A stretch of DNA of 64,000 bases from Octopus vulgaris (GCA_951406725.2 OX597817.1:18290001-18354000); one strand, 5' to 3'. Counted from the first letter of the stretch, positions 12,773 to 26,045 are shown. Translations and numbers: made by a program. The notes: generated by a model not told the origin, from the letters alone.

Positions 12773-13736
12773 TATATAAATAAATAAATATATATATCAC
12801 TCACACACATACACACACATACACACGGACATACACCTATACACACACATACTTACATACTTTCAATCGGACACACAGACACCCTGACATACACACATAC
12901 ACACTCACACATCCACACACACACATATACTTACACACACATTCGCAGGCGCGCGCACATACATGCATGTGCGCGTTCGCGCACGCATACATACATGCAT
13001 GCACCACGCCCGTGGGTTCCGACTAGATCTCGTGTTCGTATCTGGGGCCAGCGTGTTCTCTCTTACGCCTGTCACCGCGGGAGCATTTTTCCATATTTCC
13101 GTCAGTTGCAGTTTGTTTCCTTGCATGCATATATATATACACACACATATAATACCCCTACCTTTTGTACACACACGCGCACACATACATACACTCACTC
13201 CCACGCACACACACACATTTGCATATATATATATATATATACAATACACTTACACACACTTCAAATTTACTTGCCATACATACAACAAACGCACACGGAC
13301 ACACACATACTACAACTAAACACACACACGGGACGTACATACGCACGCACACATTCCCTCCTTCTTCCTTTTACCACTGATCACTGACCTGCGACTGCTA
13401 CGTCCACCACATTTCGCCCTACGTACACACACTTACACACAGACGCACGCACTAATATATACACATTTTTTTTATCTCGCACATCGTTACGGCCGCTGCC
13501 CGCTACCCGCCGTCGCCTTACACACACATACATACACGCACACGTACATACTCACATACACACCTTCTTCTTCCCTTTCCTCGAGTTGTTACCCACCTTC
13601 TTTTTCCGCTTTCCTGTCTTTGAAAACCTGTCCCCGCTCGTCTAAGACTTCCGGCCTTTCAGCATGTTTACCTCGTGAAAACCAGTCGCGTTTTTTTCCC
13701 TCCGTCCGCCCGCCTTGGGATCTTTCTTTCTCTTAT

Positions 13737-13771
13737 GTTTCCGACGAAGAGCTCCGCTCGAAACGTCATAC
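13737..13771 (+). ncRNA. Degenerate minimal hammerhead ribozyme in a Penelope-like end fragment (~13600-13880)
   Basis: GUUU-CCGACGA-A-GAGC UCC GCUC-GAAAC-GUC-AUAC; core U-to-C change; the fragment ends in (TA)n. Confidence 0.65.
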
Positions 13772-13869
13772 CCTCCTTCTTCCCTTTTTTCCTGAGCGCC
13801 TAATAATAATACTTTAATTGTTCCACCTCCTTGTGTTGTTGTTTTTTCTATTTTCTCGTTTGGATTAAC

Positions 13870-13922
<53 letters not shown>

Positions 13923-13999
13923 AGACAACAAAAGAATGAAAAAGACCTCGATATTATGTAAATAGAGGAATTTATCTGTAAATGTAATATGTGTATGTA

Positions 14000-14200
14000 T
14001 GTATGCGTTTGTCACCTCTCCACCATCACTTGACAACCGATGCTGGTTTGTTTACGTCCCCGTAAATTAGCAGTTTGGCAAAATAGACCGATAGAATAAG
14101 TACTAGGCTTACAAAGAATAAGTACTGGGGTCGTTTGTTCAACTAAAGGCGGTGCTCCAGCATGGCCGCAATCAAATGCCTGAAACAAATAAAAGAATAA
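14000..14200 (+). mobile_element. SINE family A 3' half
   Basis: cttgacaaccgatgctgg...ggccgcaatcaaatgcctgaaacaaataaaaga. Confidence 0.85.
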
Positions 14201-14817
14201 AAATAATATATACATATATGAATTCACGTACATTATTTCAGTGCGTGAAACTCGAATCGCCAGACAAACTCTTCGGTTTTTGTTTCACTAGAAAATACTG
14301 TATGTGTATATGGGTTTGCTCCTGTGTATGTCTTCGTATGTTAAACGCTGTGCAGCATAAATCTATTTAAAAAATGTATATATATCAATACCACCGGGAC
14401 ACGAAACCATGTATCCACGATCAAGCTTACTCTGTAAACAGTCCAACGAGCCCGGCTGGAATAACAGGCCACACAATTTTATCCAGATTAAATATACTAT
14501 CAACAGTCACGTCACGAAATAACAAAAAGAAAAGAAAGAAAAAGAAAACCAAAATGAGGGAATCTTAATAGATATTCGACTAAGTTATATTCAGTGGAAG
14601 TTTACTCACCGGAGTCCATCAAAAAAATACGGCAAGAGCATTATTGGGAGCAGTAAATATAGTTTATTCCTCAAAATACATTTAGAAAATGAATTCTTTA
14701 TCAGTCGATAGTTATATTAGTTATACACATTTTTATATATTTGTGTTTCGAGAAGTTTTTCCCGACAATTTGGACAACCTCTCACACACACACACAAACA
14801 GACCCCCCATACACACG

Positions 14818-14911
<94 letters not shown>

Positions 14912-15036
14912 ATATGTTTCTACATAGGGTGGCCATAAAATCTGGATACCTGAAATATTAATATTCTTTTTTCCTTTAGCAGATTGAAAATGAGTTTGCC
15001 TAAAGAAACTATGTATCCAGACTTTACCACCACCCT

Positions 15037-15114
<78 letters not shown>

Positions 15115-15176
15115 ATATAAATGTATATTTATTTATATGAAAATATATATGCAAGTGTATATATATATATATATAT

Positions 15177-15490
15177 CTTTTATCTGTTTCCGTCATTAGA
15201 CTGCGGGCATGCTGGGGCAATACCTTGAATTTTTTAGTCGAATGAATAGATTCCAGTATTTATTTTTAAAGCCTAGTATGTATTCTATTGGTCTCTGCCA
15301 AACTGTTAAGTTTCAGGAACATAAACATAGGCGCAGGAGTGGCTGTGTGGTAAGTAGCTTGCTAACCAACCTCATGGTTCCGGGTTCAGTCCCACTGCGT
15401 GGCACCTTGGGCAAGTGTCTTCTGCTATAGCCCCGGGCCGACCAATGCCTTGTGAGTGGATTTGGTAGACGGAAACTGAAAGAAGCCTGT

Positions 15491-15539
<49 letters not shown>

Positions 15540-15804
15540 TTGTGTGTCTGTGTTTGTCTACCTAGCATTGCTTGACAACCGATGCTGGTGTGTTTATGTC
15601 CCCGTCACTTAGCGGTTCGGCAAAAAGAGACCGATAGAATAAGTACTGGGCTTACAAAGAATAAGTCCCGGGGTCGATTTGTTCGACTAAAGGCGGTGCT
15701 CCAGCATGGCCGCAGTCAAATGACTGAAACAAGTAAAAGAGTAAAAAGAGTATACCAACACCGATTGTCAGGTGGTGATAGAAAGACAAACATAGCAACA
15801 CATA

Positions 15805-15810
<6 letters not shown>
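15177..15810. mobile_element. Nested SINEs: full-length + strand family A copy (15330-15750) inside an older - strand family A copy
   Basis: Antisense tail 15177-15329 resumes at ~15754 (ccaacaccgattgtcagg). Confidence 0.85.
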
Positions 15811-15881
<71 letters not shown>

Positions 15882-15883
<2 letters not shown>

Positions 15884-16300
15884 CGCAGGAGTGGCTGTGT
15901 GGTAAGTAGCTTGCCTACCAACCACATGGTTCCTGGGTTCAGTCCCACTGCGTGGCATCTTGGGTAAGTGTCTTCTGCTATAGCCTCGGGCCGACCAATG
16001 CCTTGTGAGTGGATTTGGTAGACGGAAACTGAAAGAAGCCTGTCGTATATATGTATGTATATGTATGTATGTGTATGTATATGTTTGTGTGTCTGTGTTT
16101 GTCCCCCCCAACATCGCTTGACAACCGATGCTGGTGTGCTTACGTCCCCGTTACTTAGCGGTTCGGCAAAAAGAGACCGATAGAATAAGTACTGGGCTTA
16201 CAAAGAATAAGTCCCGGGGTCGATTTGCTCGACTAAAGGCGGTGCTCCAGCATGGCCGCAGTCAAATGACTGAAACAAGTAAAAGAGTAAGAAAAGAGAG
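15882..16300 (+). mobile_element. Full-length SINE family A
   Basis: ggcgcaggagtggctgtgtggtaag head through gaaacaagtaaaagag tail; directly follows (TA)n. Confidence 0.92.
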
Positions 16301-16308
16301 TATATATG

Positions 16309-16630
16309 TTACCTAGTTTTAACATCATCTCTTTCGAAATTGTCACCTTTCGCAGCAATACATTGGTTCTAGCATTCCTGCCACTTTTGGAATCTGGTCT
16401 AGAAGTTGTTTTCCGTAAGCAAGTCGAGGACCTTCTGCGATTCGCTCTTGATCTCGACAACGCTAAAACAGCGTACATTGAGCTGCATGTTCATCTTGGA
16501 GAAGAGATTGGAAGTCCGCAGGTGCTAAACAGTGTGGGTGCGGAAGCGAACCTTGTTGCTTTTGGCGAGAAACTGACGAGTGAGGAGAGCTCGGTGACAG
16601 GGTGCATTGTCATCGTGGAGAATCCATTTA
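16309..16630 (-). mobile_element. Mariner transposase C-terminal remnant
   Basis: LHDDNAPCHRALLTRQFLAK, LAPADF, QKWQEC*NQCIAAKGDNFE with stops and frameshifts. Confidence 0.85.
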
Positions 16631-16715
16631 TATCGAGCACTCTACTTGCTACTTTCTACAGAATTCATTTTCTCAATGTATTTTGACGAATATATACATA
16701 AGTGCATGCAAGCAG

Positions 16716-16753
<38 letters not shown>

Positions 16754-16819
16754 ATTTACGCGCGCACATATGCATACACACTCACATAAATATGTGTGCT
16801 TATGCATATATATACATAT

Positions 16820-17797
16820 CACTTCACTTTCACTTTGACCGACCAGTCCGTCAGGCGTCCATTTGACACCGCTGGTCACAGCACGCTGTCCACTCCTCTC
16901 TGGATCGCGCCTTTCTCATCCACGTGATCCCAATCGTCCTCTTGAAATCGTCACTCCACCGTCGTGGATGTCTTCCGGGTGGTCTTTTCCGCTCACGCGG
17001 GTACCACTCGACAACTGCGTGCGTCCACCGATTATCGGTGAGCCGGGCGACGTGTCCAGCCCATCTATACTTGCTGCGAGTATACTCTGCGATGACATCT
17101 CTCACGCCGGACTTCTTTCTGATGATCTTGCTATTTATGTGTTCTCTCAACGAGATACCAAGCATTGACCTTTCCATGGCTCATTGAGCCGTTATCAGTC
17201 TTTGCTCTTCTCTCTTTGTGGTAGCCCATGTTTCACTACCATATAACATTGCAGGCAGAACTGCACTGTTAATGAGGCAAGGAATCGAAGCGCAATATGT
17301 GCAGCTGCTCAGAGAGGCAAATTCCGGATGCACCACCAACATAGCTCTACTGTCATCACCCATACGAGTGCCGGTCGAGAAGGGAGTGAAGCAAGGAGAT
17401 ACAATCTCCCCAAAACTTTTCACTGCATGTCTCGAACAGATCATCAGAGGCTTCGAATGGCAAGGTGGTGTCAACATCAATGGCGAGCTCCTCACTCACC
17501 TCCGTTTCGCTGACGACATCGTACTCATCGTTGAAAACATGGATTAGCTTCAGACCATGCTGACAGAGCTCGACATCAAAAGTTCTGCAGTAGGTCTCAA
17601 GATGAACCGCATGAAAACAAAGTTCATGCGGTCAGACAACGTACCAACAGGTCGAATGGTGATCGGCAGTGATGAAATAGAGGAGGTGAGAGAATATGTC
17701 TACCTGGGACAGGAAGTAAATATGTGCCGGGATATCAAAAAGGAGATCTCACGGAGAGTAAGGGCCGGATGGAAGGCGTTCAATGGCATAAGGGATA
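16820..17797. mobile_element. RTE-clade LINE insertion with 5' inversion
   Basis: Minus 16820-17272: NSAVLPAMLYGSETW...WAGHVAR...GRHPRRW plus (AAGTG)n tail. Plus 17270-17797: KGVKQGDTISPKLF, LRFADDIVL, YVYLG, WKAFNGIRD. Confidence 0.93.
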
Positions 17798-17821
17798 TAT
17801 ATATATATATATATACATCAC

Positions 17822-17863
17822 AACTGTCTGACGGAGAGAAGCGCGAAACTCTGAGCAACAGTT
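17822..17863 (+). ncRNA. Degenerate hammerhead ribozyme
   Basis: AACUGU-CUGACGG-AGAGAAGCGC-GAAAC-UCUGA-GCA-ACAGUU; perfect 6-bp stem I, mutated core and cleavage triplet; lies between (TA)n tracts. Confidence 0.55.
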
Positions 17864-17971
17864 CTGTGATAATTCTGCAGCTCTAATAAAGCCTATATTA
17901 CTCTACCTTTGGTATTCGAGTACTATTCTTTCCGCCATGTTTTGCACTTATGTGCTCACTTGTTTATATAT

Positions 17972-18053
<82 letters not shown>

Positions 18054-18565
18054 GTCTGTGTATGTATATCTTGTGTGCATGTGTGTGTATGTGTACACTT
18101 ATAAAGACATGCACACACGTACACAGGTACACACGTATAGGGAAAATTACATCATTTTAACTATTTTCTCGAGTCAGGAAGTGATTGTGTAGAATATCAT
18201 TAGAGCACAATGTAATTACAGCGTGTTAGTGGATAAAGCTGAAGCAAATACAATTTGTTTTCGTATTTACAATAGACTTAAGGTATCTTCAATAAAAAAA
18301 AAGCAATGTTTACCAGATGGAATTTCAACAAAACAAAATTTATGTAAATATATTCAAATAAGAGATCACACACACACAAACACACACACACACGCATACA
18401 CACAGGTAGAGATACATACATATATATACTAGGTACATACGACCATTCATTCATATATATGTAGAGGCATATATGTATACATACATAAATGCATGCGCAC
18501 ACACATATGTGTATTTGTGTATGTGCATGTGTGTATGTTTGTGCGTGAGTGCGCTGGTGTGTGTG

Positions 18566-18616
<51 letters not shown>

Positions 18617-19106
18617 CGCCAATGCGTATATTTGTATATGCTGAAGTGTCTGTTGAAGATTCAAATCCAATCTACGCCAAATGCAAACACGCAACAAACG
18701 ACCGACATAATTATCTGTTAGGGAGAATAAAAACCAACAGAAAACAAAAAACAAAAAACAAAAAGAAATTATGTAAAGAACGAAAACAAACAAAAGCACG
18801 TGTGCAGTTGGAGCCTCTGTACTATTAGATTTTTTAAACAATTCTATTTTACGCCAAACCAGTGCAGTGTAATATACATTTACTTATTGATACTCCTGTG
18901 AGCTACTTTGGGAAGTATTGCGAACTTTCTGCTTCGCTGATGATGTAGCAATAAGACCGAAACATCTCCAGAGTTGTTTCCTTCAATTGCCAAAATATTT
19001 AACACATTAGTAATTGGCTAATAGTTTTCACACTCATCATATAATTATAACCTTGTCTTGTTTGCTTCATTTAATGCAGTTACTATAACTTTCTGCTTAG
19101 CATTTA

Positions 19107-20349
19107 TTGGGTCATCCCATAAATAATGCGGGATTTTCAATTGCATGAGAGGGACGGGATAAACTACCTGCATCAACTTGCTAGAAAAGCAACTTTACTA
19201 TAAAAGTAACTTTACTCTGTCCTTATTCTTAGTGCAAGTTTTGAAGAGTGCAGTTCTATTTTAACAGTAATTTTTTTAAAGCCTTTAATGGAAGTGACAA
19301 AGGAGCATATTCGGCATATTTTGCTTTATGAGTTCAGTAAAGGCAACAATGCAACAGAAAGTGCGAGGAATATTAATGCAGTATATGGGGATCGGACAAT
19401 AGGCGCAAGCTAGTGTCAACAGTGGTTCCAGAAATTCCGAGTCGGAAACTATAGCCTAGAAGACGAGCCTCGACCTGAAAGAACTTTAGAGCTCGACGAG
19501 GACGTCCTGCAAAACCTGGTGGAACAAAATCCCATCGTAACTGCCGAGTAACTAGCAAAGAAGCTTGGATCTGGTCATTCAGCCATTCACCAACACCTGC
19601 GTGCCATCAGAAAAGTCAGCAAATTGGGTCAATTTTCTATGTCTAATTGCGCGCAGAGAGTGAATGTGTGCTTCTCTTTGCTGTCACGTCTCATGAATGA
19701 ACCGTTTTTGGACCGAATAGTGACTGGTGACTAGAAATTGGGTTCCCTTTAAACATATCAAGCGCCGAAGACAGTGGGTAGGGAAAGAAGAAAAACCGGC
19801 ATCCCAGGCTAAAGAAGATCTTCACCCACGTAAGGTGTTGTTATCTGTTTGGTGGAATATGAAAGATTTAGTCCATTTTGAACTTTTAAACCCAAATCAA
19901 ACGATGACAAAGGAGATCTACTGCGTCAGTTTGAGCGGCTTAAGTAAGCGCTAGATGTAAAACGACCATCTTTAGTTTCAAGACGAAACCTGTTCTTCCA
20001 TCACGATAACGTTCGTCCACACACGACGAGGATGACATTCCAAAGGCTGGAGCAGTTTGAATGGAAAACGATTCCCCACCAACCATATTCGCCGGACATT
20101 GACCCATCTGGTTATCATTTATTCCGTAGTCTTCAAAATATTTTGAACGGAAAAATATGAATTCTATAGAAGAGGAGTATTTTCCGCTATGGACAAGTGA
20201 ATTTTGGAAGAGGGGTCTTGCAAGTCTAGCGAGTAGATGGAAGAGCATTGTAGAAAATGAAGGAGAGTGTATTATAGATTAAAAATGAACTTTATCTTAA
20301 TTTTGAAAAATAAAAGTATAAAAACCGCATTATTTATGGGATGACCCAA
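19107..20349 (+). mobile_element. Full-length decayed mariner transposon
   Basis: Perfect 25-bp TIRs ttgggtcatcccataaataatgcgg (19107-19131 and 20325-20349); TA TSD on both sides. Confidence 0.97.
19288..20282 (+). pseudogene. Mariner DD34D-type transposase pseudogene
   Basis: MEVTKEHIRHILLYEF, WFQKFR..SLEDEPR, RIVTGD, LHPRKVLLSVWWN, HHDNVRPH, PYSPDIDPSGYHLF; multiple stops and frameshifts. Confidence 0.93.
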
Positions 20350-20387
20350 TATATAGTGTTGTTAGGTATATTTATTCTATTACTATT

Positions 20388-20606
20388 TTACTTGTTTCAC
20401 TTATTTGACTACGGCCATACTGGAGCACTGCTTTGAAGAGTTTTAGTCGAACAAATGAACTCCGGGATTTATTTAAAAAAAAATCTAGTACTTATTTTGC
20501 TAGTCTCTTTTGCTAAACCGCTAAGTTACGGGGACGTAAACACACAAACACTAATTGTGAAGTCGTGATAGGAGGACAAACACAGACACAAAGGCACGCA
20601 CACACA
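20388..20606 (-). mobile_element. SINE family A 3' half
   Basis: Antisense homology to 3290-3470. Confidence 0.8.
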
Positions 20607-20842
20607 GAATTATACATACTCTTCCTATTTATTTTAATCCATTCCTATGCTATCTGAATTAACACGAAAAATACTTTTCTCTTAGTGTTTTATGTTTTTT
20701 GTTTGTTGCTCTATTCTTTCTCTACAACTTGTGTTAATCGTTTTCAATGTTTGAGTAAATTTTGGACATGTGACGATGGAGTGCCAAGCTGAAAATAAGA
20801 AACAAATGTACGTTTGAACGAAAGTCGATGAAAAACACCAAA

Positions 20843-20941
20843 TATGGATATGAAAGGTTTAGTCCACTTTGAACTTTTAAACCCAAATCAAACAATAACA
20901 AATGAGATCTCTACTGTGGGCAGTTTGAGTGGTTTAAGTAA
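20843..20941 (+). mobile_element. Isolated internal fragment of the same mariner family
   Basis: tatgaaaggtttagtccactttgaacttttaaacccaaatcaaac matches ~19858-19902. Confidence 0.8.
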
Positions 20942-21224
20942 ACCGTAATTTCTAATCTAAATCATGATTGTGGCTTCATGTTTTTGATTTTAGTCATTAA
21001 TTAGTCCAGAAATCACCGATTGTACTTCACAATTGTGATTATGATAATTAGAGTACTTGCCTTACAAAATGGTAAAGTAGTAATCTTGAAGCGGGCGAAT
21101 TTTGAAGCATTAAAAAAATAATGCTTTTCATGTATCGTCTTGAAATTCAAATGTATGCACAAGTTTAATCTTATAATTTATTATTTAACACTAATCCGAT
21201 AAGATAGGACCTAGTTTCAATTAT

Positions 21225-21725
21225 GAGTGCTTCTCAATCCGATCGAGCCACCATCCGGCCAAGTATCCAGTTCATGCTCATTAACCCGAGTGGCAGCCAA
21301 AACATAACTCTGACGGACCCGTGATCTAAGTGGGGAAAAGTCAGATATTGAGCTCCCAATACGAACTGCACACACACTTCCAGTATGCAAGGCTGCTATC
21401 AGCCCAACCGGTCTGGATGGTAAATCTCGCAGCTTCAGAATCTTCTAGAGCTCATCCCTGTCTCCTGGATCAAACTGTTTGTTCATGTTGCTCGATTTTC
21501 CGATTTGGCTCCTGCTTATCGTGTTTTCTTCTTCGAGGAGTGACGGCTCATATTGTTCAGCCACATACCACATGATCACAACGGATGTAGAAGTATCTTG
21601 CAGAGATGAGGACTGACTGGGACACTGCTCGGAGGGTAGGCCGGAACAACCTGAGCAAGTATCAACAAATGGTGGATGCAGTAACATGCTGTAACGGCAC
21701 ATGCTCTCCATACCTGACCTGACCT
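21225..21725. mobile_element. Old RTE-like LINE with 5' inversion
   Basis: Minus 21225-21480: KQFDPGDRDEL*KILKLR..ISDFFP..VRQSYVLAAT..MNWILGRM. Plus 21476-21725: LFVHVARF..QPHTT*..KYQQMVDAVTCC plus acctgacctgacc tail. Confidence 0.72.
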
Positions 21726-24002
21726 CACTAACCCGATATTGGTCAGTCAGGGTGTACGTTGGTACTGTTATTAGTGTGTATGTATTTGTGGATGTGCATA
21801 TGGATATGTGTATATCTGTGTGTGTATATTTGTCTATGTGTGTGTGTGGTGCCTCTATGTGAGTGTTATGTATATATGCATATATATAAGACAAGATATA
21901 AATAAAGGTCATTAAATATTTTTCCTTTATAGTATGGTGATGAACTATAATCTTGGATTCCGCCTTAAGAATACTTGGAGTTCTTAACTAATATAAACAA
22001 TATTGTTAACCTGGTGTGCCAACAGAGAGCTTAAGAAGAATTTTACTAGGATTGATAATCCCTATATATATATGAATTATAATTTAGGGTAGCTAAAAGA
22101 TAAATCCACGCTGGAAATAGCGACCAAAACTTGACTCTAAAACCACATTAAATGTTCATACACCACCAGGAGAAAAGACAAATGGACAAGATGAACTAGC
22201 AAAAAATTACTGGATATATATATATATAAACGCAATAGCATAACGGTCGAACAATCTGCGTCACAAACAACCCTCACAAACTAACCACAATATCATCTCA
22301 TTAGATATATCTAGCCATCATAATAGGATCCAGATTACACAAATGAAATAGCCAACCTGATAAAATCTATGGAAACCATAAACACAGCACACCAGCCCTA
22401 CACACAATAGAAATAGTATTCACCCTGGAATAACTGAAAACTTAACCCCACCACCCGAAACATACGTATTTAACATGAACTACAAAACCGGATTAAATAG
22501 CTTATAAAATAATTAATCTAACAAAGACCACGTAAAACCTCATATCATATATCCATAATTAAATGATATACCATCTTCAACAGCAAGTAAAGACCAGACG
22601 CAAAATAAATAATTTCTCTCTCGCTCACAAACTCTATCTCTTCCTTCTATTGGACGCCTGAAAAGCTGTTGGGAAATTTCGAAATGTAAAGAACACCCAC
22701 CAAAACAACTGAAAAAAAGCAAAACAAAATATACTCACAAACTATCTTAGGCTTGAAATAATTATTGCCTTTACAATCTCCCACCTTTCATACCAATTCT
22801 TGAGAATCTGACTAAATCATTACAGTTTCAAAGCAAAATGAACGCTTACCTGAAGCGGCATCACATATACCTTCATGCGCAAATTTTCAACAATCTTAAA
22901 GCGATCGTCTTATGCATTTGTTATCCAAGCATTCTTATTTCTGATTTACTACAGACTCAGGTCATTAAACTTAACTGCCAATTTTCTCGCAAAATCTTAT
23001 ACAAACATAGGTATCAAATCAACAAAAAATAAAACAAAAATACACACTCCATGCTACCTACCATTAGAAGACTCCTAGACACCATTCATTGCTAATCACT
23101 TATACAGAAAATACTCAACACTTTTCTTAGAAAGAGAACAACCCCAAAACGACCAAAAATACGATGGTTAGTTCTATCAGGTCAGCAAACTTATGTTGTA
23201 TTCATAAACATCATTCTCAAAAGTTTGATTCAATTTTCCGAAAGGTGTATTGTATTCTGTATAACTATTCATTATTAAATTTGAATCTATAATTATTTTA
23301 GTTGTTAATGATAATTTAGATGTGTATATTTATTTAATTATTATTAGTATATAATTATTATAACTGTACGTAAATTTTAAGATATTAGTTAGTCACTGTG
23401 GTATATAGATCGTAAAATAGTCATACGATTTTTTGAAGATAGGTTATACGTTTTTAATCTGATTTTTAATTTTTAAATTGTATTTCATAAATATATTTTG
23501 AAGATATTTATAATATTTATGTAAGTAATAATGGACTAATTTATTTATTTTTGGTTTTATGTTAATATATTTATTGATAGAGAAACTTTTAGATTTTTAA
23601 TTACTATATTTGTTGATTATAATTTAGATACTTATTTTTATGTATTTTTTATTTTATAATTATTAGATGTGAACTTAAATCGAAAAATATTAATAGTGAT
23701 TATTTTGTTAAATAATTTGGTAATTAAATATTGGAGTATAACTGAGTTAAAGATATTCGAAAGTTTATTAAGTTTTTTAAAGACAAATTATATCTCCAAA
23801 GATAAATACATATTTCTATCTATTTTTTTACCTTAAAAATTAAATATTTAACATAATAAATGTATTGTTGGAAATAATCCTAATGTTTTAAGTTTCTAAT
23901 TTAGTTAATGGAGTTTTTTTCTATAAGAAAAATTATTATTTTATTTATTTCTTAACTAGATATTGTTTAACCTTATTTGCTTATTTATTTAACAATTATC
24001 AT

Positions 24003-24099
24003 TAACCTGAAGATTGACTATAATTTTAAATCAAATTTATTTCAATTGAATTTAAACTTAATTGTAATTCGATTTAAATGTAGCCACGAAACGTACGTA
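24003..24099 (+). ncRNA. Hammerhead ribozyme with long stem II (degenerate stem I)
   Basis: CUGAAGA (24007) then long imperfect hairpin ugacuaua..uuuaaauc..caauug / uaauug..gauuuaaa..uguagcca, then CGAAAC-GUA. Confidence 0.6.
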
Positions 24100-24276
24100 T
24101 TTTTTTATACTGATATTATATATTGATCATTCATTTTTATACTTTTTGAGATCTAGTTATAAGTTATATGCTTTATACAAATATATATTATTTGTTATTT
24201 ATGAATTGGTTTATGTATATCACTGTTTGAGTTGCATAATAGTGGTTTTATCTCTAATTTATATTTTATATATTTA

Positions 24277-24661
24277 CTAGCAGTATCGCCCGGCGTTGCT
24301 CAGGTTTGTAAGGGAAATAACTATAAAGCATTTTTAGAGTTATAGCCAAAAAATAGCAAAAAAATGGAAAAAAATGATGGTAAATTTTTTTTTGAGAGTA
24401 AAAAAAGGTGGAGCTGCGTCCCCTAGACAGTTTGCAGTTTGTGTTTCTGATTCTCGACCCCATGTCGAATTTATCGATTTTTTTCAGAACTGGGGGAACT
24501 TTTCAAAATTTTCGCTGCGTTAGTTTTGAATTATGACATTGGGCTATGTGTGTGTCAAGTTTCATCAGAATCGGTTGAAAGCCGTGGTCAGGGTGAGGGT
24601 ACAAGCAAACAGACACACAGAAACACGCACAGACAAACTGCCGTTTATATATAGAGAGAGA
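24277..24661 (-). mobile_element. Non-autonomous Helitron
   Basis: Minus strand a|TCTCTCTCTATATATAAAC...cctgagcaacgccgggcgatactgCTAG|t; 3' ~110 bp shared with 12378-12772. Confidence 0.88.
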
Positions 24662-24723
24662 TACTGTGAAATTTGATTTAATACTAAATTGAATTTTTTC
24701 CTGTAAGTTTGGAGTTATACTCC

Positions 24724-24765
<42 letters not shown>

Positions 24766-24768
<3 letters not shown>

Positions 24769-25411
24769 CAAATGATTTAATTTGTTCATTAATGTTCGAA
24801 CCCTAGGTACAAGTGGTAACTATTGAAAATTTTTATATTTTTCATCCTCTACGAAATTGCTTGTAACCATAGTTTGGACTTTAACTGTTGCTTTTATCAT
24901 GTAAGGTGTCCTGTTAGGGTCACCTCTTTTGTGTATAAATCTACACTAATTTTATATGAAAAATATGTTCTCTATTGACTATTTTATGCATGCTAGCCAA
25001 TGGTAGAAAATTTATCTAAGTCTGCTACTCTATATTTTCTTAATATGATTTTAGTAATTTTGAAGAAAGTCGGCACATAAATTGTTTATTTGCTACCGGC
25101 TATAACTGCGCTCGCGCGGTGGGTCTGAAAAATTATAATGTATGGTGATGAGACATGTGCTTTCTACTTGTCCCGTAATTGTACGTTATTAGCGCCCTTG
25201 CTGATGAAGAAAACGGATAACAAATTATTTAATTTGTTCATTAATGTTCGAAACCTAGGTACAAGTGGTAACTATTGAAAATGTTTTTATTTTTCATCCC
25301 CTTCGAAATTGCTCTTAACCGTGGTTTGGGCTTTGAATGTTTCTTTTAACATGTAAGGAGTCCTGTTAGGGGTCACTTTTCTGTGTCTAAATGTACACTA
25401 ATGTTATATGA

Positions 25412-25418
<7 letters not shown>
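24766..25418 (+). mobile_element. Tandem partial direct repeat (pLTR/retrozyme-like, ~450-bp period) inside (TA)n
   Basis: 24766-24966 is similar to 25218-25418; both flanks are (TA)n; contains one full and one half hammerhead. Confidence 0.8.
25197..25265 (+). ncRNA. Type-I hammerhead ribozyme
   Basis: CUUG-CUGAUGA-A-GAA..AACAAAUU/AAUUUGUU..UUC-GAAAC-CUAG-GUA-CAAG; palindromic helix III ACCUAGGU. Confidence 0.8.
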
Positions 25419-25458
<40 letters not shown>

Positions 25459-25572
25459 CAAATAAGAAAATGGAGGAACAAATTCATTTCGATCATCAAC
25501 TACTTCACCAGCAGTATATTGGATAACTGATATCCCATAGTGGGTTAACCTCATAACCCCTATCTTACTTTG

Positions 25573-25603
<31 letters not shown>

Positions 25604-26045
25604 ACTGAAACAAATAAAAGAATCAAAGAATATATATATATATATATATATATATCATGTAGTTTTTCTAATACAAGAGAATTTCCAGGTAGGGCTAATG
25701 GACGATATGTCTGTCTGTTTATAACAAGTCAAATGACTTGTTAATTTATAATGTACAGAAATGTTGCTGTGTTACTATTGGAGCGTATTTTCACTAAATA
25801 CCTCAATTTGTGAAACTGACTTCGTTTTCGATGTAACACATCGGTTATATTATTTTATAGATTACTGAACAGACTCAGGTTGTGTTTACATATAACTCGC
25901 AATAGAAACATTTCGTAAAAGGAATAAAAAAAAATATACAGTTTTTATTAAACGATTGCGTTTAGCACGAGTAATTTTGATGTAGGTAAATGTGTTGAAT
26001 GAGGAAATGGTGGAAGAGCTGTAGATGAGCGCGCAAGCACACACA

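Larger units (their letters stand above)
22073..24727. mobile_element. Probable decayed Penelope-like element between (TA)n tracts, interrupted by a Helitron
   Basis: Ends abut (TA)n; A/C-rich to T-rich skew switch near 23160; hammerhead at 24003-24099; no RT motif recognised. Confidence 0.4.

Noticed and set aside
18930-18975. ctgatga...ccgaaac hammerhead-like relic
   Set aside because: Stems are too decayed to support a call
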